From IMG/VR virus record IMGVR_UViG_2698536506_000004: a DNA stretch of 5,554 bases; one strand, 5' to 3'. Shown here piece by piece: positions 1-5,089 of this stretch (position 1 is the stretch's first letter; every line of letters starts with the position of its first letter). A program made the position numbers and the translations under genes. The DNA is from a virus (taxonomy: Duplodnaviria; Heunggongvirae; Uroviricota; Caudoviricetes). The notes beneath the pieces are model-generated. The model searched no databases. It was not told the origin of the DNA and was given only the letters and a program-made list of their open reading frames with translations.

Positions 1-217
1 CTTTTTTTATCGTCGTGGTGAGTCGAGACATAAACCGCTGATGTCGTGGCTGGCCTGGCTGCTGATGCTGCTTTATGCCTTTGCGCCGCTTTGTTATCTG
101 TGTGGTCGCTTTCCACCCGGTAACTGGCTGGTCGTCCTGATTAACCTGGTGTTCTGCGTGCTGGTGATACGAGCACGCGGGAACGTATCAAAAATCCTTG
201 TATTACGAAGGCGCTGA
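1..217 (+). CDS. Putative holin-like small membrane protein (class II-like, two predicted TM helices); 5' end may lie upstream of the window, only in-window start is ATG at 41
   Basis: Frame 2 is open from position 2 to stop TGA 215-217. From ATG 41 the product is MSWLAWLLMLLYAFAPLCYLCGRFPPGNWLVVLINLVFCVLVIRARGNVSKILVLRRR (58 aa): two hydrophobic stretches separated by a short RFPPGN turn, then a basic C-terminal tail, which is typical holin architecture. The stop lies 1 nt before the endolysin start (219), the usual holin-endolysin arrangement. No convincing SD precedes ATG 41, so the true start may be upstream. No homolog recognised from memory. Confidence 0.5.
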   Translation, partial: FFYRRGESRHKPLMSWLAWLLMLLYAFAPLCYLCGRFPPGNWLVVLINLVFCVLVIRARGNVSKILVLRRR

Positions 218-218
218 T

Positions 219-710
219 ATGAAGTCGAAAGATGAAATTTTTGACGAAATTCTGGGAAAAGAGGGCGGTTACGTCAATCACCCGGATGATAAAGGTGGTC
301 CGACTAAATGGGGCATCACTGAAAAAGTTGCCCGTGCACACGGTTATCAGGGCGATATGCGTGACCTGACGCGNNNNNNNNNNNNNNNNNNNNNNNNNNN
401 NNNNNNNNNNNNNNNNNNNNNNNNNNNNNNNNNNNNNNNNNNNNNNNNNNNNNNNNNNNNNNNNNNNNNNNNNNNNNNNNNNNNNNNNNNNNNNNNNNNN
501 NNNNNNNNNNNNNNNNNNNNNNNNNNNNNNNNNNNNNNNNNNNNNNNNNNNNNNNNNNNNNNNNNNNNNNNNNNNNNNNNNNNNNNNNNNNNNNNNNNNN
601 NNNNNNNNNNNNNNNNNNNNNNNNNNNNNNNNNNNNNNNNNNNNNNNNNNNNNNNNNNNNNNNNNNNNNNNNNNNNNNNNGGCTGGATGAAAGAGCGCGT
701 GGCTGTGTGA
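219..710 (+). CDS. Endolysin, glycoside hydrolase family 108-like lysozyme with probable C-terminal peptidoglycan-binding domain; interior hidden by assembly gap
   Basis: ATG 219 preceded by GAAGG (207-211) at 7-nt spacing. N-terminus MKSKDEIFDEILGKEGGYVNHPDDKGGPTKWGITEKVARAHGYQGDMRDLTR carries the EGGY...DxGGxTxxGIT signature I associate with GH108 phage lysozymes (catalytic Glu in EGGY). The frame re-emerges after the N-run as GWMKERVAV then TGA 708-710. No hydrophobic SAR/signal segment at the N-terminus, so it is holin-dependent. Frame continuity across the gap cannot be verified. Confidence 0.78.
   Translation: MKSKDEIFDEILGKEGGYVNHPDDKGGPTKWGITEKVARAHGYQGDMRDLTXXXXXXXXXXXXXXXXXXXXXXXXXXXXXXXXXXXXXXXXXXXXXXXXXXXXXXXXXXXXXXXXXXXXXXXXXXXXXXXXXXXXXXXXXXXXXXXXXXXXXXXGWMKERVAV
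374..680. other. Assembly gap (run of 307 N)
   Basis: Uninterrupted N characters from 374 to 680; true length and content unknown. All ORF-track entries crossing it are partly virtual. Confidence 0.99.
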
Positions 711-799
711 TAGCATTTAAAAATGATCATTATCAATGAGTTAAGTGTATTTTGCGTTTAATTTCTCCTGGGCGTACGCAACCAAAAGGAGAAATACGT

Positions 800-1006
800 A
801 TGAAGTACTATGTTCACACTCTTACAGATAATCAGAACGATCATGAGGTTCATACAGAAACATGTTTTCGACTTCCTGATGCAAACAATCGTAAAGAGCT
901 TGGAGAGTTTAGCTCATGTGAGCCGGCAGTGAAGGCCGCAAAAAATCTGGGTTACACGAGGGTGAATGGATGTTACTGGTGCTGCAGAGATTGCCATACA
1001 TCCTGA
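800..1006 (+). CDS. Hypothetical small cysteine-rich protein (68 aa), moron-like
   Basis: ATG 800 preceded by AAGGAG (786-791) at 8-nt spacing; stop TGA 1004-1006; followed by an intrinsic terminator. Product MKYYVHTLTDNQNDHEVHTETCFRLPDANNRKELGEFSSCEPAVKAAKNLGYTRVNGCYWCCRDCHTS has Cys at 22, 40, 58, 61, 62, 65 and His at 6, 15, 18, 66; no TM segment. The ORF-track entry from 752 uses an upstream TTG lacking an RBS. Family not recognised. Confidence 0.6.
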   Translation: MKYYVHTLTDNQNDHEVHTETCFRLPDANNRKELGEFSSCEPAVKAAKNLGYTRVNGCYWCCRDCHTS

Positions 1007-1032
1007 CATAAGGTGTGAATAATTCTGACAAA

Positions 1033-1057
1033 GGTCGCTTCGGCGGCCTTTTTTATT
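1033..1057 (+). terminator. Rho-independent terminator (UUCG tetraloop hairpin + U-tract)
   Basis: GGTCGC (1033-1038) / TTCG loop (1039-1042) / GCGGCC (1043-1048) gives a 6-bp stem with one G-U pair, immediately followed by TTTTTTATT (1049-1057). It sits 27 nt after the stop of the 800-1006 gene. Confidence 0.72.
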
Positions 1058-1085
1058 ACTCAAAAACGAAAGAACGGAGGTACGT

Positions 1086-1367
1086 ATGTACGCACTCAAG
1101 AAAATCACGGTAACAGAAGACGGTCGTCATGTTGAGGAAGTGCATGTCCTGGGGGATATGTACCGCCTGGAGTTCTATCCGCGTAACACTCATCTTGCAG
1201 CGAAGATTGAGTATTGCCGGGACGGGAATATTCCGTGCATTCCTGTAGAAAAAGAGGATGAAGCCTACATCATCACACTGAACGGTGACACGGCGCGTTG
1301 TATCTGTCGTGGCGACAGTGAAGCCCGGAATGAAATAGCAAGATGTCGCGCCCATACAGATAAATAA
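1086..1367 (+). CDS. Hypothetical small protein (93 aa), moron-like
   Basis: ATG 1086 preceded by GGAGG (1076-1080) at 5-nt spacing; stop TAA 1365-1367; followed by an intrinsic terminator. Product MYALKKITVTEDGRHVEEVHVLGDMYRLEFYPRNTHLAAKIEYCRDGNIPCIPVEKEDEAYIITLNGDTARCICRGDSEARNEIARCRAHTDK; Cys at 44, 51, 72, 74, 87; no TM segment. Family not recognised. Confidence 0.6.
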   Translation: MYALKKITVTEDGRHVEEVHVLGDMYRLEFYPRNTHLAAKIEYCRDGNIPCIPVEKEDEAYIITLNGDTARCICRGDSEARNEIARCRAHTDK

Positions 1368-1377
1368 AAAGCAAAAA

Positions 1378-1409
1378 CCCCGGCTGCGGGAACAGTTCGG
1401 GGTTTTCTG
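1378..1409 (+). terminator. Rho-independent terminator, possibly bidirectional
   Basis: CCCCG (1378-1382) pairs with CGGGG (1398-1402), with an inner CTG/CAG stem (1384-1386 / 1393-1395) around a 6-nt loop, followed by TTTTCTGTTTCTG (1403-1415). An A-rich run (1361-1377) upstream would give a U-tract for the minus strand as well. Confidence 0.65.
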
Positions 1410-1438
1410 TTTCTGACCTTGAGTAAGCAAGGGAGAAC

Positions 1439-1621
1439 ATGGAGAAGTATAAACGAATTCTGTTGAGGTTGACTATGAAAAACGGCCTTGAATTGAAAGC
1501 GCCTGTAACTGATGACATCAGCAGAGCGGTGGCTTTTGCCATTAAGTGGGTGGCGGTCGGCATCGCCGTGTCTCCGATGCTGTATGGGATGGCAAAGTTG
1601 ATTGTTGCTCTGAAATCGTGA
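1439..1621 (+). CDS. Hypothetical small membrane protein (60 aa; C-terminal TM helix); alternative start ATG 1475 (48 aa)
   Basis: ATG 1439 preceded by AAGG/GGGAGA (1429-1436); the internal ATG 1475 also has GAGG (1465-1468) at 6-nt spacing. Stop TGA 1619-1621. Product MEKYKRILLRLTMKNGLELKAPVTDDISRAVAFAIKWVAVGIAVSPMLYGMAKLIVALKS: a basic amphipathic N-terminus and a single hydrophobic segment (about residues 30-57) ending 3 residues before the C-terminus. Confidence 0.5.
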   Translation: MEKYKRILLRLTMKNGLELKAPVTDDISRAVAFAIKWVAVGIAVSPMLYGMAKLIVALKS

Positions 1622-1629
1622 GTGGTGAT

Positions 1630-1812
1630 ATGACGCGAAAACACTGGACACACAGAATGCCGCGAACGGCGGCGAAATGGGCACTGGTAGCGATACTGGT
1701 GCCTTTTTTATTGTCGGGATGCGTCAGCCTGGATAGGGCGCGTCAGCTTTTGGATGCTGCCTCTCAGGTCTGTGAAATTGTCAATGGTGTCCGGCAGTGT
1801 ATGCAGAACTGA
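1630..1812 (+). CDS. Hypothetical small lipoprotein (60 aa precursor; lipobox LSGC); alternative start ATG 1657
   Basis: ATG 1630 lies 8 nt after the stop of the preceding gene, suggesting translational coupling; the SD is weak (GGTGA 1624-1628). Product MTRKHWTHRMPRTAAKWALVAILVPFLLSGCVSLDRARQLLDAASQVCEIVNGVRQCMQN: basic n-region, hydrophobic core WALVAILVPFLL and lipobox L-S-G-C, giving a ~30-aa mature peptide with four Cys including the lipidated one. Stop TGA 1810-1812. Confidence 0.55.
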   Translation: MTRKHWTHRMPRTAAKWALVAILVPFLLSGCVSLDRARQLLDAASQVCEIVNGVRQCMQN

Positions 1813-1936
1813 TCGCCTGTAAGAGCAGAATATTTTGCTGAAAAATGAAGGATGCGCCGGCGTCCGGAAAGCATGAAATTCTGCTGCGTGTACCAATTTT
1901 ATCTTGTTCATTCTAAATCTTGCCGAATCAAGCAAC

Positions 1937-1962
1937 TGCCCGGGCGGCAAGGGGCATTTTTA
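1937..1962 (+). terminator. Weak candidate hairpin + T-tract (possible terminator or translational control element) just upstream of the 1975 gene RBS
   Basis: TGCCC (1937-1941) pairs with GGGCA (1952-1956) around a 10-nt G-rich loop, followed by TTTTTA (1957-1962). The stem is only 5 bp and it ends 4 nt before the GGAGG SD (1966-1970). Low confidence. Confidence 0.2.
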
Positions 1963-1974
1963 TCCGGAGGGGAT

Positions 1975-2196
1975 ATGAAGAGATTACTGGTAACCGTAAA
2001 GCCCTTTAACGGAACGATTCCATTCAGGGTTTTGCAGCGTGGACGTGTTCTGGTTAAGGATATCTTCAGTGGTAAATGCACGGAATGTTATTCCCGGACA
2101 TATGAAGTGGATGCCACGGATGAAGAAATTTCTGTTGAATGTGATCTTAACGCGAATATGGCGGAGATTGTAACAGCCACGTTGTTGCCTGTTTAA
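1975..2196 (+). CDS. Hypothetical small protein (73 aa) immediately upstream of cos, moron-like
   Basis: ATG 1975 preceded by GGAGG (1966-1970) at 4-nt spacing; stop TAA 2194-2196. Product MKRLLVTVKPFNGTIPFRVLQRGRVLVKDIFSGKCTECYSRTYEVDATDEEISVECDLNANMAEIVTATLLPV; CxxC at 35-38 plus Cys 56; no TM segment. The ORF-track entry from 1852 is an N-terminal over-extension. Family not recognised. Confidence 0.55.
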   Translation: MKRLLVTVKPFNGTIPFRVLQRGRVLVKDIFSGKCTECYSRTYEVDATDEEISVECDLNANMAEIVTATLLPV

Positions 2197-2220
2197 TGAA
2201 TGACAGGTGTTCTCATTTGT

Positions 2221-2275
2221 GCGGGTCCTTCCGGTGGGGAGGCCTGCCACGGGGCGGCAGCGGCGCGGATTTTCG
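2221..2275 (+). other. cos: cos site core: cosQ-like conserved block and cosN (predicted terminase nicking site; predicted 12-nt cohesive end GGGCGGCAGCGG at 2252-2263)
   Basis: 2221-2251 GCGGGTCCTTCCGGTGGGGAGGCCTGCCACG resembles the lambda right end (...GCGGGTCCTTTCCGGTGATCCGACAGGTTACG, from memory). 2252-2290 GGGCGGCAGCGGCGCGGATTTTCGCTATTTATGAAAATTTT resembles the lambda left end (GGGCGGCGACCTCGCGGGTTTTCGCTATTTATGAAAATTTT). The distance from the predicted left end (2252) to the Nu1 start (2440) is 188 nt, against 190 in lambda. Nick positions are inferred by alignment, not observed. Confidence 0.75.
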
Positions 2276-2301
2276 CTATTTATGAAAATTTTTCGGGAAA
2301 A

Positions 2302-2317
2302 AGCGTGTCGGTACTTC
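2302..2317 (+). promoter_or_regulatory. cosB R3-like terminase small-subunit binding element
   Basis: AGCGTGTCGGTACTTC aligns with the lambda R3 region (GGCGTTTCCGTTCTTC, from memory). Its core GTGTCGGTAC resembles the R1 arm CATGTCGGACC (8 of 11) in the same orientation. Confidence 0.45.
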
Positions 2318-2321
2318 TCGT

Positions 2322-2353
2322 GTATAACTCATTGTTTTTTCATCAATCACATC
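2322..2353 (+). promoter_or_regulatory. Putative IHF-binding region (I1-like) of cosB
   Basis: The A/T-rich block GTATAACTCATTGTTTTTTCATCAATCACAT is positionally and sequence-wise equivalent to the lambda segment CATAACTTAATGTTTTTATTTAAAATAC that contains the I1 IHF site. No clean WATCAANNNNTTR match was found, so this rests on analogy only. Confidence 0.3.
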
Positions 2354-2360
2354 CGTAAAA

Positions 2361-2415
2361 GGTCCGACATGAAAGTGCCCGAAAAAGACGTTTTTGAGCA
2401 CTTCCATGTCGGACC
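2361..2415 (+). promoter_or_regulatory. cosB R2/R1-like inverted repeats (55-bp near-perfect palindrome)
   Basis: Left arm GGTCCGACATGAAAGTGC (2361-2378) and right arm GCACTTCCATGTCGGACC (2398-2415) are reverse complements at 17 of 18 positions, separated by a 19-nt spacer CCGAAAAAGACGTTTTTGA that is itself partly symmetric. In lambda, inverted Nu1-binding R2 and R1 elements occupy the same position just upstream of Nu1. Confidence 0.6.
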
Positions 2416-2439
2416 CTGCATTTGATATGGAAATGTTTT

Positions 2440-2988
2440 ATGAAGGTTAATAAAAAGAAGCTCGCGGAAATTTTCAACGTGGATCCACGAACGATTGAAC
2501 GCTGGCAGTCTCAGGGGCTCTCTTGTGTCTCTGGTGGTAGTAAGGGGGTTGAATCTGTATTTGATACCGCCATGGCAATTCAGTGGTATGCGCAACGCGA
2601 AGCCGATATTGAAAACGAAAAACTCCGCAAAGAGACCGAGGATTTGCGTGCGGCTGCGGAATCAGATTTACAACCCGGCACCATTGACTATGAACGCTAC
2701 CGACTCACAAAAGCACAGGCTGATGCACAGGAACTGAAAAATGCCCGCGAAGAAGGGCTGGTACTGGAAACGGAATTGTTTACCTTCATTCTGCAACGTG
2801 TGGCACAGGAGATTTCGGGGATACTTGTACGTGTGCCGCTGACATTACAGCGTAAATATCCGGATATTTCACCGTCACACCTTGATGTGGTGAAAACTGA
2901 AATCGCAAAAGCCTCCAACGTTGCAGCTAAAGCTGGTGAGAACGTAGGCGGGTGGATTGATGATTTCAGACGCACAGAAGGCAGCTAA
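2440..2988 (+). CDS. nu1: Terminase small subunit (lambda gpNu1 homolog)
   Basis: Product [41 protein letters not shown]...[28 protein letters not shown]... is closely similar to lambda Nu1 (MEVNKKQLADIFGASIRTIQNWQEQGMPVLRGGGKGNEVLY...[28 protein letters not shown]..., from memory); 182 aa against 181 in lambda. Stop TAA 2986-2988. The ORF-track start at 2422 is an over-extension into cosB. Confidence 0.93.
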   Translation: MKVNKKKLAEIFNVDPRTIERWQSQGLSCVSGGSKGVESVFDTAMAIQWYAQREADIENEKLRKETEDLRAAAESDLQPGTIDYERYRLTKAQADAQELKNAREEGLVLETELFTFILQRVAQEISGILVRVPLTLQRKYPDISPSHLDVVKTEIAKASNVAAKAGENVGGWIDDFRRTEGS

Positions 2989-4876
2989 TGCAGCCGGTGC
3001 GATAGCAACAGGGCTTGTATCTCTCAATATTCCGGTACCACTGACGACAGTTCAGTGGGCTGATCAGCATTATTATCTGCCAAAAGAGTCTTCATATACT
3101 CCCGGGCAATGGGAAACACTGCCGTTTCAGGTTGCCATCATGAACAGCATGGGGAATGACCGGATCCGCACCGTTAATCTGATTAAATCGGCGCGTGTTG
3201 GTTACACCAAAATGCTGTTGGGGGTGGAGGCTTATTTTATTGAACACAAATCCCGTAACAGCCTGCTTTTTCAGCCGACAGATTCTGCGGCAGAAGATTT
3301 TATGAAATCCCATGTCGAACCAACGATAAGAGACGTTCCTGTATTACTGGAGCTGGCTCCGTGGTTTGGCAGAAAACATCGGGACAACACGCTTACCCTG
3401 AAACGTTTCTCCTCCGGTGTGGGATTCTGGTGTCTGGGCGGAGCTGCTGCCAAAAACTACCGTGAAAAATCTGTGGATGTGGTCTGCTATGACGAACTCT
3501 CCTCGTTTGAACCGGATGTGGAAAAAGAAGGTTCACCAACTCTGCTTGGCGATAAGCGTATCGAAGGTTCGGTATGGCCTAAATCCATACGCGGCTCAAC
3601 GCCCAAAATTAAAGGTTTTTGCCAGATTGAAAAAGCCGCGAACGAATCTGCACATTTTATGCGGTTTTATGTGCCATGCCCTCATTGTGGTGAAGCCCAG
3701 TATCTGAAGTTTGGCGATGATGCGACAACCTTTGGCCTGAAATGGGAGAAGGGCAAGCCGGAGACGGTGTATTACCTGTGTGAACATAATGGCTGCGTGA
3801 TCCGTCAGTCGGAACTTGACCAGACCGACGGGCGGTGGATTTGTGACAATACCGGGATGTGGACGCGTGACGGTCTGACATTTTACAGCGCCGGTGATGA
3901 GGAAATCCCGCCACCGCGCTCAATCTCGTACCACATCTGGACGGCATACAGCCCGTTCACCACCTGGGTACAGATTGTTTATGACTGGCTTGATGCACTG
4001 AAGGATCCGAATGGCGTCAAGACGTTCATTAACACCACGCTGGGGGAGCCTTATGAAGAGGCTGTGGCAAAAAAACTGAGCTTTGAGTTGTTGCTGGAAA
4101 AAGTCTGCCACTATGATGCGCAGGTTCCCCTGCGGGTGGTTTACCTGACCGCAGGGATTGACTCTCAGAAAAACCGTTATGAGATTTATGTCTGGGGCTG
4201 GGCTCCTGGCGAAGAAGCTTTTCTGATTGACAAGCAGATCATCATGGGGAGACCGGAAGATGAGGACACCCTTAAACGCGTTGATGCCGTGATCCGGAAA
4301 AAATACCGTCATGCAGATGGCACTGAAATTTCCATTTCCCGCGTCTGCTGGGATACCGGTGGTATTGACCAGGACATTGTGTATCAGCGATCCAGAAAAC
4401 ACGGCACTTTTTTTGTGCTCCCCATCAAAGGGGCGTCGGTGTACGGCAAGCCGGTGATCACCATGCCAAAAAAGCGAAACCAGCGTGGGGTGTTTTTGTG
4501 TGAGGTGGGTTCCGATACCGTCAAGGAAATGCTGTATGCGCGTTTTGCCCTGCCGGTGGTATCTGCCAGTGAAGTCGCACCGTATACCTTCCGTTTTCCG
4601 GATAACCCGGACATTTTTTCTGATGTTGAAGCTAAACAACTCGTGGCAGAAGAGCTGGTTGAAAAAGTTGTGAACGGGCGGGTGAAACTCCAGTGGGATG
4701 CCAGAAAACGGCGTAATGAAGCTCTGGACTGTCTGGTGTATGCCTATGCAGCGCTGCGCATTTCCGTTCAGCGGTGGCAACTGGATCTGGATGCACTGGC
4801 CCGCGCCAGAAGAGATGAACAGGACGACGATGAAATGACTATTGAAGAAATCGCGGCTGCTCTGAGTGGAGGATAA
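2960..4876 (+). CDS. A: Terminase large subunit (lambda gpA homolog; ATPase/endonuclease)
   Basis: ATG 2960 (GGTGG 2951-2955 upstream; the TTG at 2957 is an ORF-caller alternative), overlapping the Nu1 3' end by 29 nt as in lambda. The product is colinear with lambda gpA over its whole length, for example [27 protein letters not shown] against lambda VEWADANYYLPKESAYQEGRWETLPFQ, and the Walker-A-like KSARVGYTK at 3185-3211. Stop TAA 4874-4876; 638 aa against 641 in lambda. Confidence 0.95.
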   Translation: MISDAQKAANAAGAIATGLVSLNIPVPLTTVQWADQHYYLPKESSYTPGQWETLPFQVAIMNSMGNDRIRTVNLIKSARVGYTKMLLGVEAYFIEHKSRNSLLFQPTDSAAEDFMKSHVEPTIRDVPVLLELAPWFGRKHRDNTLTLKRFSSGVGFWCLGGAAAKNYREKSVDVVCYDELSSFEPDVEKEGSPTLLGDKRIEGSVWPKSIRGSTPKIKGFCQIEKAANESAHFMRFYVPCPHCGEAQYLKFGDDATTFGLKWEKGKPETVYYLCEHNGCVIRQSELDQTDGRWICDNTGMWTRDGLTFYSAGDEEIPPPRSISYHIWTAYSPFTTWVQIVYDWLDALKDPNGVKTFINTTLGEPYEEAVAKKLSFELLLEKVCHYDAQVPLRVVYLTAGIDSQKNRYEIYVWGWAPGEEAFLIDKQIIMGRPEDEDTLKRVDAVIRKKYRHADGTEISISRVCWDTGGIDQDIVYQRSRKHGTFFVLPIKGASVYGKPVITMPKKRNQRGVFLCEVGSDTVKEMLYARFALPVVSASEVAPYTFRFPDNPDIFSDVEAKQLVAEELVEKVVNGRVKLQWDARKRRNEALDCLVYAYAALRISVQRWQLDLDALARARRDEQDDDEMTIEEIAAALSGG

Positions 4877-4879
4877 GTG

Positions 4880-5089
4880 ATGATTTATACGCATGAAATG
4901 CTATGCGATGCCCGCCGGGCGTTACATGAACTGATGATCGGACGTGCTGTGGTTTCCGTCAGCAAGGACGGGCGTCAGGTTCAGTATTCGCGGGCGACAA
5001 TTGGTGAACTGCGTCAGTATATTGAAGAGCTGGAAAGTGCGCTGGGTGTATCCGGACGGCGTCGTGGCCCGGCAGGAGTGGGGCTGTGA
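4880..5089 (+). CDS. W: Head completion / head-tail joining protein (lambda gpW homolog)
   Basis: ATG 4880 preceded by GGAGG (4868-4872) at 7-nt spacing; GTG 4877 is an alternative. Product MIYTHEMLCDARRALHELMIGRAVVSVSKDGRQVQYSRATIGELRQYIEELESALGVSGRRRGPAGVGL resembles lambda gpW ([68 protein letters not shown], from memory). Stop TGA 5087-5089. Confidence 0.85.
   Translation: MIYTHEMLCDARRALHELMIGRAVVSVSKDGRQVQYSRATIGELRQYIEELESALGVSGRRRGPAGVGL

Noticed and set aside
141-736. Minus-strand ORFs 141-716 and 347-736 from the ORF track
   Set aside because: Both consist mainly of the N-run (translated as X); they are artefacts of the gap and are antisense to the holin/endolysin genes.
772-779. 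8-bp palindrome GCGTACGC upstream of the 800 gene, considered as an operator
   Set aside because: Perfect 8-bp palindromes are expected many times by chance in 5.5 kb; no flanking symmetry or nearby promoter was identified.
752-799. N-terminal extensions from ORF-track starts (TTG 752, TTG 198, 1852, 1546, 2422)
   Set aside because: These use alternative start codons without an RBS; in-frame ATGs with Shine-Dalgarno sequences lie downstream (800, 219, 1975, 1630, 2440).
711-799. Sigma-70 promoter for the moron genes (also searched 1812-1975)
   Set aside because: Only weak -35/-10 candidates with poor spacing were found by eye; I cannot support a promoter call without a scoring matrix. The genes may be expressed by read-through.
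1056-1684. Minus-strand ORFs 1056-1430, 1265-1684 and 1273-1653
   Set aside because: They run through the hairpin terminators at 1033-1057 or 1378-1409 and overlap + strand ORFs that have good SD sequences; the + strand interpretation is more parsimonious.
1439-1812. Interpretation of the membrane/lipoprotein pair as Rz/Rz1-type spanins
   Set aside because: The membrane protein has its TM helix at the C-terminus with essentially no periplasmic domain, and the lipoprotein lacks the proline-rich character of o-spanins. Kept as a finding under a different hypothesis.
2207-2425. 72-aa + strand ORF spanning cosN and cosB
   Set aside because: It covers the cos site, which is non-coding in lambda and conserved here at the nucleotide level; no SD.
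2495-2737. 80-aa alternative-frame + ORF inside nu1
   Set aside because: It is embedded in the well-supported Nu1 reading frame and has no independent support.
3920-4894. 324-aa minus-strand ORF antisense to the terminase large subunit gene
   Set aside because: The + strand frame encodes a full-length lambda gpA homolog. Long antisense ORFs are common opposite conserved coding sequence, and there is no RBS or other support.
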